Assembly (NCBI GenBank): GCA_964016885.1
Contig: OZ024761.1
Location: 13,454,001-13,518,000, forward strand
Direction of reading: 5' to 3'
DNA length: 64,000 nt
Source of the DNA: Eledone cirrhosa
Lineage: Eukaryota
A program made the translations under genes and the position numbers. The notes beneath the pieces were generated by a model. That model was given only the letters and a program-made list of their open reading frames with translations, was not told the DNA's origin and made no database searches. Below, piece by piece: positions 52,141 through 64,000 of the stretch (positions are counted from its first letter, which is position 1; the number at the start of each line of letters is the position of its first letter).

Positions 52141-52463
52141 TCTAGGGTGGGTAAAATTCCCTCTGTCCGCGGAGGGGCTCCCACAGGACCACTGAGTGCA
52201 GTATCAACTCTGAATATCAGTGAGCATGTCCAGCTAACCTCAATCTCCTCTGTGTTACTTTCGAGAGGCTCCTGTACAGCTCAGAGCTCTTCATCCTCAG
52301 TGTATACTGATTAATGTTCAGAGCCATCCTCAGCATTGGAGCAAAGCCTGTCACTGTTTGAGATCGGACCTTCGTAAAGACCTGAAAATTCATCTGTGTT
52401 GCTGTACGGGTCTGAGACTTGGACACTGACCAAGAGATTCACTCAGATGGTGGATGGGTGCTA
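52141..52463 (-). mobile_element. RTE-like LINE fragment with 5' inversion (family of 2534-3102)
   Basis: MLRMALNINQYTLRM..QRRLRLAGHAH on the minus strand; LYGSETWTLTK..VDGC on the plus strand. Confidence 0.8.
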
Positions 52464-53860
52464 AATATATATTTATACAAATTTTTCTTTTCCTGAAGTG
52501 TGTAGACATTTTTTTTGTATACACACTTATTGGAGTTAGCTATCTTGTTTCTTAGAAGAAATGAAAAAGCAAAAGTTTGGTTTATTTCACATGTTCGTCG
52601 CTAGATAAGGAAGTTTATTTACATTCCTTTGAAGATGGCAGTAGTATTTTCCTGTGTAGAGAAGGTTTAATTCTGTTTCTTAGTAAAAAAGAGAATCAGA
52701 AGTATCTATGTAAGAGGGCTGACTGACCAAATGGAAAGAAACAATGCAGTTATTAGTAAGGAGGGTTGAAATTAATGCATGCAAGATTTCACTCCTTCAT
52801 AGTCAGCCTATGAGCTTTTCAGTTGACCCTCGTTTTTGTACAGAAGAACGTTTATATAAATGTAACTTTATGTGTGTGTCTAGAGAAGATTTAGTTTTGC
52901 TTATTAGACAAAGAAAGTATGTATATATAAATGTAACAGATAGAATGCCTTCATTTCAGCTGTCTGAATTCAAATCCCATCAAGGCCAACTTTGCCTTTC
53001 ATCCATTCGGTGGGTTGATTCTTCCTCTATACTTCTCTAGAATAAATCCACTGTATTCAGACCTGGGCTCTGCCAGGTTTTTAAAAGAGCCCTAGAAACA
53101 CTGTAGGTCAATGCGTTGCCTCCCTCAGGAGTTATGGGTCCATACATACATGTAACTCTCGCAGCTTGGAAGTTCTGTATGTAAGTCTTTAAAACCATTT
53201 CACATTTCTCTAGTACACTCAGCGTCCTATACTCTGAGACACTTAATTCCAAAGAAACTGGTGAGAAGCCTAGAACAGACTATATTTAGGTTTCATCAAT
53301 ACATATATTGATGATTGGAATCATGGTCTTAAGATTACTCAAATCGACACTAACTATTACATATATAGATCTGTCTAAGGCTATGTTACCATCTTGAAGT
53401 ATATTTAACTACATATTAATTGTAGAAACATGGCCCCTCACAAAGACGATTGACAGCTTCGATAGCAGAGCCCTGAGGACCATCTAAAACATCAGATGGG
53501 ACCACCACGTTTCCAACAGAGTGACGCATCAGCCCACAGCCTTACTCTCGTTCAACGCAGTAGCACCTGGTCGGCTCTACCCACGATGATGCCAGTCTAG
53601 TCTAACAAGAATAGATGTACAAAATACTCGAATATAAGGTGACCCTCCTCCCTATCTTATGTCTGAGAAATGGGTAAAAATCCGAATCTTATTTACGTAG
53701 AATTTGTAGTTGGCGAAAACGGTTAAACTATTGACTCCCTATATAAGTCAACACCTTTCTACATATTCCCTGGCTTCTATTCGTGTATATCCCGTTATAT
53801 ATGTACAAAATACTAGTAGTTCCTTAATGGCTATATATCCCGTTATATTTATATATAGAG

Positions 53861-53926
53861 AGAAACGGAAAGAAAGCGAGATAACACTCGGAATATGTCG
53901 TGTTATCTCGCTTTCTTTCCGTTTCT
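53861..53926. repeat. Perfect 27-bp-stem hairpin (12-nt loop) followed by a T-run, upstream of the RNA candidate
   Basis: agaaacggaaagaaagcgagataacac / gtgttatctcgctttctttccgtttct; also at ~60649-60714. Confidence 0.9.
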
Positions 53927-53991
53927 TTTTTTTTTTTGAAAAAAGAAAGAAAATGTTAGCTATAAGTATGACTATTTGACTCTGTAGAATT

Positions 53992-54155
53992 GCGGCTTGT
54001 GCGTGGCGCTGCACGTAGCGTTTCTGGCTTCGCTGTCGTACTTCGGTATGGCATGACCATTCTATGTGTTTGAAGTTCGAATCGTTGCGGGGGTCGGCCG
54101 GGACCACAGCAGGCTGGCTTTATGCTGGCCTGCTCTCCCCCTCGCATGAGTTTTT
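53992..54155 (+). ncRNA. Unassigned ~165-nt structured RNA gene candidate, Pol III-type (copy 1)
   Basis: TATAAG at 53961, A-box-like TGGCGC at 54004, B-box-like GTTCGAATC at 54075, C(UUCG)G hairpin at 54034-54053, 3' stem-loop, T5 at 54151-54155, no internal T4. Confidence 0.55.
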
Positions 54156-56359
54156 GCCAAACAATTTGACGAGAGTTATCTCCCCTTAATTGGAATTATC
54201 TGCCCTTTGTTGACATTGAACTACTTCCGGTTTGTGGAACTCTTCTTACTTTGTTGACATTTCTCTTCAGTGTATGGAAGCTGTAACATCATTCTATTTA
54301 CTCTGGGACTATTAACGATATCTGTTTGGATTTTATGTTCGTGTAAAGAGGTATGTAAAGTTTTATTCACACTCACGAATATTATTGAGACACAAAAATA
54401 CATTTCACTATCTTGGAAATATACATACATTTAATTCTTCAATATAAATACATTCTTGTAGTGTTTTAGTTGCCATGTCTTTTAAATTTATTCTAAACCT
54501 CCTTCCGAGAAACAAAACAAAACAAATAATATATACACGCAGCTACCTCTTCTAACTAAACATACATGTTACTTTCCTCTATACTATACCATCGTAATTT
54601 CTACGTCGAGTTACCTCGGCATCACCACCTTTACTCCAACTCAGCATTCTCTCTTGCACACATCATATCAACTATATATTTATATTATAATCGTATCTCT
54701 ATGACACCTTCTCTGTATATACTTACTTAGAAGAAAGGTATATCTCCTCATTATACACAGTATCCGGAGCTATATAAGAAACTGTAGTATATAGAATACA
54801 GACCCTCTCTCTATACATAAACACACTTACTTCGAAGTATCGTATATATGCAGCATCTACATACACACAAGGCAAAGTTAAAACCCTCATCTCTACTACT
54901 TTTCCCGAGGATACTTACATAAAACTCTGGATATTTTATCAAGGCATCTATTTTTTGTATGTAGAAGACATTATATTCACTATCCTTCTCAATAGAGGAA
55001 AAAAACTCCCCATACATACAGTTTTTTATAGAATACACTGCCTTGTTATATAAATATTGTACACATGTGTGTATATAATACACTTCTATATATATAGAAA
55101 CTTACTACTAGATATTGTGTGTACACAGCAAAGAATCTACTTTTTGTATGTAGAGACTCCACTGTAACATCTAGAAGGCTTATATTTACTATCCTTCTCT
55201 ATAATAAAAAAAAAACCCATATATACAGTAATACCTTATCTAGAGGCATATAAGAAACTGTATTTCACAGCCCTATACCCACTCTCCTAAGAAACTAAAC
55301 TGTTCATGATAAAGAGTTTTAATTTCTGCCTCTAGAAAAGTATTGGTGTTAGAGCTGTGTAATCTGGATTGTTTTTATTAATACCCTCTGCTTCTTTCCA
55401 GGTATGTTGAAGATCTCCGCCAGCTCAACTTAGTGTGTAAATACACAGTCGTCTCAAGAAATAAAATAACTCCAACAACAAAATGTAGTTTATTTATTCA
55501 TCTTTATTTCACATTTTCGTTTCTTATATATATACACAGGTAGTATCTTACATGTAGATCGTTTAACTTTCTTTCATATTAAATATATAGGAATTAACAG
55601 CTGTGTATATATAACTAGTGGATTGTTAAACACATGCCTAAAGATAAACAGGTATTAACATGCGAGAGAATTCAATTATTATGTAATTAGTGAGAAACAT
55701 CCTTCTTGAAAGAAGTGTATATATAGAATAGATTAATTAATGTGTATGTACACTATAGAATCCCAGTAAGAAACATCCTTCTTACTGAAAGAAGTAAGTG
55801 TGGTGCTATAGAAAAGTTTCTTTGAGAATGGAAACTGTATATATATAATACAGTAATCCTAGCAAGTTTATTTATTTCTGTGTATATAGGTATTCTATAT
55901 CTCCTGTAAGAGGTTATAATATCTATATATACAGGGTTATGTGGATATTCTATATCTCTCTCATACTTACCAGGAAGTATATAGGTATTAATAAAGAAGT
56001 TTCATATTATAAACATTTATAATGTGTATATATACAGTATTCTAGTAAGTTTATTTCCTTCTGTATATAGAATAGATTTGTATTCTATATCTCTCCCAGT
56101 ATGTATATAGGAATAGAAGTATGAATTCAGTTCGAAACATCTTTCATGAAAGTAATGTATATAATGCAGTATTCTAGTGAGGCCATTTCTTTCTGTATGT
56201 ATACATATGCCTAGAGATAGAAGGGTGTTAATATGTATGGATTCTATAGAAGTAAGTGTATATATACACATGGTTTTAAGGTAATAGTATCCTATAGAAT
56301 ACAGATACTTACTTCTATCTAGAGAAAAAGTTCAACTCCTTAACTATATTTATATAAAC

Positions 56360-58570
56360 ACACATATATATGTATGTATATACATATGTATATATACACA
56401 CATATGTATATATATACATATGTATATACATATGTATATATATACATATGTATATATACATATGTATATATACATATGTATATATATACATATGTATATA
56501 TATACATATGTATATATACATATGTATATATATACATATGTATATATATACATACATATGTATATATATATTCACATACATATGTATATATATATATACA
56601 TACGTATATATATCCATACATATGTATATATATATATACATACGTATGTGTGTATATATATATACATACGTATGTATATATATACATATGTATGTATATA
56701 TATATATACATACGTATGTATATATACATACATTTGTATGTACATACATACGTATGTATATATACATACGTACGTATGTATACATACATACGTATGTATA
56801 CACACATATGTATGTATACATACATATGTATGTATACATACATACGTATGTATTTATACATACGTATGTTTACATACATACGTATGTATATATACATATG
56901 TATGTAAACGTACGTATACATATACATTTGTATGTACATATACATACGTATGTATATATATATACATATGTATGTATATATATATACATACGTATGTATA
57001 TATACATACGTATGTATGTATATATATATATACATACGTATGTATATATATATATATATACATACGTATGTATATATATATACATACGTATGTATATATA
57101 TACATACATATATATATATACATTTGTATGTACATACATATGTATACATACGTACGTATATATCCATACACATGTATACATACATACGTATGTATATATA
57201 CATACGTATGTATATACATAAATACGTATGGATACATACATATGTATATACACATACGTATGTATATATACATACGTATGTATGCATACATACGTATGTA
57301 TATATATATACGTATGTATATATACATACGTATGTATGCATACATACGTATGTATATATACATACATATGTATGTATATATACATACGTATTTATGTATG
57401 CATACATACGTATGTATATATACATACATATGTATATATACATACATATATATATATACATATGTATGTATGCATACATATGTATATATACATACGTATG
57501 TATATATACATACATACGTATGTATGTATATATACATACGTATGTATATATAGATACGTATGCATACATACATACGTATGTATGCATACATACATATGTA
57601 TGTATATATACATACGTATGTATATATACGTATGTATGCATACATATGTATGCATACGTATGTATGCATACATACGTATGTATGCATACATATGTATGTA
57701 TATATACATATGTATGTATATATACATACGTATGTATATATACATACGTATGTATGCATACATATGTATGTATACATACATATGTATATACACATACGTA
57801 TGTATATATACATACATATGTATATACACATACATATGTATATATACATACATATGTATGTATATGTACATACGTATGTATGCATACATACATACATACG
57901 TATGTATGCATACATACATATGTATGTATATATACATACGTATGTATGCATACATATGTATGTATATATACATACGTATGTATGCATGCATACATATGTA
58001 TGTATACATACATATGTATGTATACATACATATGTATATACACATACGTATGTATATATACATACATATGTATGTACATACATACATACGTATGTATGCA
58101 TACGTACGTACGTATGTATATATATATATATACACGCATGTATATATATATCCGCATGTATGCATACATACATACGTATGTATAGATACGTATGTATGCA
58201 TACATACGTATGTATATATATATCCGCATGTATGCATACATACATACGTATGTATAGATACGTATGTATGCATACATACGTATGTATATATACATATGTA
58301 TGTACATACGTATGTATATATACATACGTATGTATGCATGCATACATACATATGTGTATATACGTATGTATATGTACATACTTATGTATGTATAAATACA
58401 TATGTATGTATATACACATACATATGTATATATATACATATGTATATATATATATACACATATGTATTTATATATATACCTACATGTGTATGTATACATA
58501 CATATGTATATATATATATACATATGTATGTATATATATACATGCATATGTATGTATACATACATACATC
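56360..58570. repeat. ~2.2-kb alternating purine-pyrimidine compound microsatellite (CATA/TATG/TACG/TGCA)
   Basis: direct reading. Confidence 0.95.
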
Positions 58571-60448
58571 TTTAATTCCTTAGCTATATTTATATAATAC
58601 AGTAGTGTAGAGATATAAGGGTATTTATATGTATGTAGGTTGTTGTCTTAATATCTGTGTAGTGTAACTTCCAAATTTACAATGAAGATATGCTTTATAT
58701 ACACAAAAGTGTTTATATGGTGAGTATGCCTGCCTAGAGGAGAACAGGGTATTGATGTATCCTTTAAAGAAAAGGGTAACTGCGTACATATGGTTCTACA
58801 TACTGTACTCTATTGAACACAACTTCAATATATAATGGAGGTACTTCTTCCAATATAGAGAAGAAGGTATATTATAGACATGAAATAAGCTTTGTGTGTC
58901 ATATTGAATACAGTTTTTCTATATATGTGTGTATGTAAAGAACACTAAATTTCTTTGTATTTATACAGTTAGCTCTCTTGCTTCTTAGGAAGCATGTACA
59001 CGTTCTACTGTGAGATCCTTATACACAACTAGAAGAACAATAGTAGTAGTTTCCTAAGAGACGTATGTGTAGTATCTAGCGAGAATGTATTGATATGTAT
59101 GTACAGATCAAAACCTCTTATCTTATATATGTATGATGTTCACTTCCAGGTTTCTACATACACGTGTATAATATAAAGAGACACACACAATGTGGGTTTA
59201 GATATATTCTATAGAATACAGTTTCTTATATACAGACATGTCTACATTGATGTTATTTACCTGTATATAGAGATGGCTTGTTTCTAATAGGTGTGTATCT
59301 AGGAAATAATTTATATAATATGAATCTAGTATACAGTGACAGAAGGTTTTTGTCTTCCTACAGTGTAAGAGGTGTCTAGTGTGGGTGTATATATATAGGG
59401 AGTAAATAATAAGGCAACAAAAGAAAATACTGGTTTATTCTTTTATTTCACAATTTATTTACCTTTCTTCTTGAGATAGGGTTGTAGTAGTCTCCAGGTC
59501 TGGTGCTGGTCCTTAGGAATATAAAATAGGTTAGTTGTGTATATATAAAGGTTTAGTTTTGTATCTAGTGAAGAACGTTTATATATGGATGATGTAGCTA
59601 TCAAGCAGGTGCGGATGCTAGAAGTAGTAGTAAGGAGTCTTACGGCAGAGTAATGGAGCTACCATGCTTCGTGAGATATAAAATATAACTGTATGGTTTA
59701 GCTTCTATATTTATATGTCTAGAGAAGGTTTAGTTCCATGTTTATTATTCCAGTATGAACAAGTTTGTATATTGCGCCTCATAAGTATCTGTTATGATAG
59801 AAGGGAGACCGTTTGTATATGAATATAGCTTCATGTGTACGTATGTCCCCAGGATTCTTCCTCTACATGGTTTAGAATAAATTTACGGCTAATACATAAA
59901 TATGCCTGAAGTGTTTGTGTATTTACGTGAAAAAGTGTCTTCTTGTATATAGAATATCTGTGTGTGTATTCAGGTATAAGGTTTATATACAGAAGATAAA
60001 ATGTGTATAGAGAGGAAGCTTGGTTATATTTCCTTACAAGTATGTATATAGTATCGAGAGAAGATTTAGTTGTAACATGTTAGAAGAGGTGTGTATATAT
60101 ACAGATCATACTTAGTTTTGTTTCATAATGGAGGAGGGTAACATGTATGTTTAGTTAGAAGAGGTAGCTGCGTGTATATATTTAGTTTTGTTTCTTTAAA
60201 AGACATGGCAACTTACTTTTGTGTCTCAATACGGCAAATAAAACTTTACATACCTCTTTACACGAACGTAAAATCCAAACCGGTATCGTTAATAGTCCCA
60301 GAGTAAATAGAATGATGTTACAGCTTCCATACACTGAAGAGAAATGTCAACAAAGTAAGAAGAGTTCCACAAACCGGAAGTAGTTCAATGTCAACAAAGG
60401 GCAAATAATTCTAATTAAGGGGAGATAACTCTCGTCAAATTGTTTGGC

Positions 60449-60585
60449 AAAAACTCATGCGAGGGGGAGAGCAGGCCGGCCGACCCCCGCAACGATTCGA
60501 ACTTCAAACACATAGAATGGTCATGCCATACCTAAGTACGAGAGCGAAGCCAGAAACGCTACGTGCAGCGCCACGCACAAGCCGC
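60449..60585 (-). ncRNA. Copy 2 of the RNA candidate, probably damaged
   Basis: same flanks; ~27-nt deletion in the 3' stem-loop and UUCG changed to UUAG. Confidence 0.45.
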
Positions 60586-62176
60586 AATTCTACAGAGTCA
60601 AATAGTCATACTTATAGCTAACATTTTCCTTCTTTTTAAAAAAAAAAAGAAACGGAAAGAAAGCGAGATAACACGACATATTCCGAGTGTTATCTCGCTT
60701 TCTTTCCGTTTCTCTCTATATATAAATATAACGGGATATATAGCCATTAAGGAACTGCTAGGGTTTTGTACATATATAACGGGATATACACGAATAGAAG
60801 CCAGGGAATATGTAGTAAGGGATTGACTTATATAGGGAGTCAATATTTTGACCATTTTCGCCAACTTCAAATTCTACGTAAATAAGGTTCGCATTTTTGC
60901 CCACTTCTCAGACATAAGATAGGGAGGAGGGTCACCTTATATTCGAGTATTTTGTACATCTATTCTTGTTAGACTAGACCGGCATCATCATGGGTAGAGC
61001 CGACCAGGTGCTACTGCGTTGAACGAGAGTAAGGCTGTGATGGTCTTCAGTGCACTGCTGTCAATCGTCTTTGTGAGGGGCCACGTTTCTGCTCCATAGA
61101 GGAGAAGACTGATGCATCTTTTCAGAACAATTAATATGTAGGTAACATAGCCTTAGAGAGATCTGTATTTGTAATAGTTAGTATCGATTTGGGTAATCTT
61201 AAGACCATGATTCCAATCATCAATATATGTATTGATTAAACCTAAATATAGTATATAAAGAAGTGGATTTTAAAATATGCAATGATAGTGTCGAGAGAAG
61301 GCTTAGTTAGTTACTTCTAACAATGTACCACTATGAATAAGACAGAAGGCGGTGTATGTAGATAGAATGTTTAGTTTTCCTGAGTATGAAGGGGTTTTAG
61401 TTATTAATCTTAGAAAAAAGACGGTTATATTATACATATACGTCTCTAACATTCCTCCTGTATATGAAGGGTAGTGAAATATATTCTTGTGTCTCAGGAA
61501 TAACTACGTGTTTATCGATGAATTTAAGGGACAACTAAAACATTACATACCTCTTTAGAAGAATGAAGGTGTATATATAAATGTAGCTTTATATGTGTAT
61601 ATTGATCTAGATAGGAAACGTTTCTTCCAGTGTATGGATTATAGAGGTGAATGCATACACTAAAGAATGTTAATATATATCTAAGACTGTATTTTCGAGT
61701 GTTTAGCAATGAATTAAAATATATATGGCAAATAAAGCGTTCGTATAGGTAAATTAGAGGTTATTTTACCTCAGCTAAAGAACATTTATATATATATAAA
61801 TCTAGTTTTGTGTGTGTATTTAGGTTTAAATAAAACAATATGTACGTCTCTAGAATCTTTCTGTATATAGAATAATTGTTTCTACTTTTGGCACAAGGCC
61901 AGCAATTATCCAGTGCATGACTGGTACTTTATTTTATCGACCCCATAAGGATGAAAGGCATATAGAATAATTTATGTCTGTGAGTGTATATACGGCAAAT
62001 AAAACATTACATACCTCTCACCATTAGTATAATATCCAGACTGATTCTATCAAATTACACGAGTAAATCCAAACGATGTTAACAGTTTAATTCAATAAAG
62101 AAGAATGACAACAAACGAGAATAGTTCCAATCAGGGGCAAGTAATTCAAACGATAACTCTCGGCGAATTTTTTAGT

Positions 62177-62324
62177 AAAACTCAATGCGAGGTGAGGACG
62201 CAGGCCAGCATAAAGCCGGCTGCCGCCGCAACGATTCGATCTTCAGACACATAGAATGGTCATACCATACCGAAGTACGACAGCGAAGCCCGAAACGTTA
62301 CGTGCAGCGCCATGCACAGAGCGC
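62177..62324 (-). ncRNA. Copy 3 (diverged paralog) of the RNA candidate
   Basis: RNA body and TATAAGTATGACTA conserved while flanks are more diverged; ends in T4. Confidence 0.5.
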
Positions 62325-63499
62325 AACTCTACTGAGTAATTTAGTCATACTTATAGTTAGAATTTTATTTATTAAAAAAATATATATATAGAAACGGAAT
62401 GAAGACGAGATAACTGAGGGCGTGGAGAAATATCTCTTTCTGAATAAATTTCGTATGGTGAGAATTGAGATCTCTACCGAATAATTATCAATATTATACT
62501 TCGTCTCCGAAATATTTTCAGAAAGAAATTACTTTTTCACGACCGTGTTACCTTACTTTCATCCCGTTTCTATATGTAACAAGTTTAAACTACTAGTATT
62601 TAATACATATATATATACAGAACAATAAGTATATTTACTTCAAGATAGTAATGTTTATGTTAATACAGAAAATAAAAAATGCAAACCATCGATCTTAGTA
62701 ATTAGTATCAATCACTAATTATCTATTTTGGTAATAAGCATCTTAAGACCATGATTTCCTTCATCGATATGTGATTAGACCAAAATTTAGTATAATATAT
62801 AAAGACTGTTCTCAGCTTATGACCAGTTTGCTTGGTGTTAAGTGTCTGAGAGTACAAGACTCTCCCTGGATAGTACGCTGGTCTACCACAGGACTAACTC
62901 CTTGGCTGTGAGTACTGGAGCAGTGTGATGAATGCAGAACTTCCAAACTGTGAGAGTTACATGTATGCATGGACCTGCAACTCCTAAGGGAGTCATACAG
63001 GCCACACATTGACATACAGTATTTCTAGGGCACTTTTTAAAACCTGGCAGACCCATCTCCTCTCCAGGTCTGAATACAGCAGATTTCTTCCAGAGAAACA
63101 GAAGAATCAACCTCAATACTAGACTGGTACTTTGTTTTATCAACCTCAAATGGATGAAAGGCAAAGTTGACCTCAGCAGGATTTTAATTCAGAGAACTGA
63201 AGGCATTCTGTTACATTCATATATACATACTTACTTTGTCTAATTAAAAAAACATCTTCTCTCTCTACACACATAACATATAAAGCTACATTTATATATA
63301 CCTCTTCTAAGAAATTAAACCTACTCTAGACTTACACATAGATACAGTTATATATAAATACTTACCATGTCAAATAAACACAACTAAATCTTCTCTAGTC
63401 AGACACACAAAGCTACATTTATATAAACATTCTTCTCTACAAAAGAGGATCAGCTGAAAAGCTCATAGGCTGGCTTTGAAGAAGTGATGCTAGAACTGC

Positions 63500-63621
63500 G
63501 AGATATTGTGGTTAGGTTCATTATCATAGGACTTGGTGGAGCAACCAAAATTCACTGCCAACTCATGTACAACTTTATGATGTTCTTGATTCATCGGTGA
63601 AAAAGAATGACTCTGGTAGTT
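63500..63621 (-). pseudogene. NFX1: Second NFX1-type R3H exon copy, truncated before the donor site
   Basis: cag|NYQSHSFSPMNQEHHKVVHELAVNFGCSTKSYDNEPNHNI; the R of RxxxH is lost. Confidence 0.7.
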
Positions 63622-64000
63622 CTGTTTCATGTGAGGAAGACAAAAGGAAACCTTCAGAGTGTGCAGTGAGCAATATGGGATATTTCTAGAATGTAACTAA
63701 TGCCAACTTGAATCATCCTTGGACATCATCATACATAGTATATATATATAGTGTGTTTAGTACAGTGTAGTTGTAGCTAACTAGGTATTTGGTTTTATGA
63801 AATGAAAGGGACAAAAAAAAAAAAACTATATATATACACTGATACTTCAATGTGTTATAAGCAATCCGATACCACTGTTGGATACATAGAGTGCTTAATT
63901 CTGCTTACACCAAAGTTTATGGATTAAGGTGGTGCAAACACAACACTTAAATAAAGGAAACAATATATGTCCATATTACAGAAAATTCTTATAATATATA

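Larger units (their letters stand above)
53279..61252. repeat. Large inverted duplication, arms ~53279-54572 and ~60138-61252
   Basis: long near-identical reverse-complement blocks, e.g. 53541-53960 versus 60617-61032. Confidence 0.9.

Noticed and set aside
53997-54095. Intron-containing tRNA-Arg(TCG) gene
   Set aside because: D-arm and anticodon spacing fit, but acceptor and T stems do not pair, the D-loop lacks GG, and copy 3 breaks the D-stem
53748-54147. Short ORFs over the RNA candidate, echoed at 60563-60826 and 62185-62391
   Set aside because: Starts, lengths and frames are not conserved across copies, and substitutions fit RNA pairing better than codons
56315-58597. Many long Y/I/H/M/C/V-rich ORFs up to 741 aa
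   Set aside because: Microsatellite translation artefacts
53279-61252. Polinton/foldback transposon defined by long TIRs
   Set aside because: No coding capacity inside, no clear TSD, and a third diverged unit lies outside the arms

Overview
AT-rich, repeat-dense animal genomic DNA. The SINE families and (TA)n/(CA)n load resemble an octopod cephalopod, which is an inference from recalled repeat families. There is one clear host gene, a divergent TMEM45/DUF716-like membrane protein at 19023-20000 with a probable non-coding first exon. Transposable elements include one full-length RTE-clade LINE (APE-RT with an embedded PHD-type finger), RTE, CR1, Penelope-like (PLE), Tc1/mariner and piggyBac-type remnants, and tRNA-derived SINEs; micro- and minisatellites are frequent. 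Four signals stand out. (1) An unassigned ~165-nt structured RNA gene candidate with Pol III hallmarks (TATA, A/B-box-like motifs, C(UUCG)G hairpin, oligo-T end) occurs in three copies inside a mosaic of inverted segmental duplications at 48-64 kb; orphan NFX1-type R3H exons belong to the same duplication network. (2) At least seven hammerhead-ribozyme motifs lie in PLE-type termini, several in fold-back palindromes and two with a non-canonical CCGANGA core. (3) Three kilobase-scale microsatellites are each bracketed by 18-36 bp direct repeats. (4) 5'-inverted LINE copies recur. All calls were made by eye and no searches were run.
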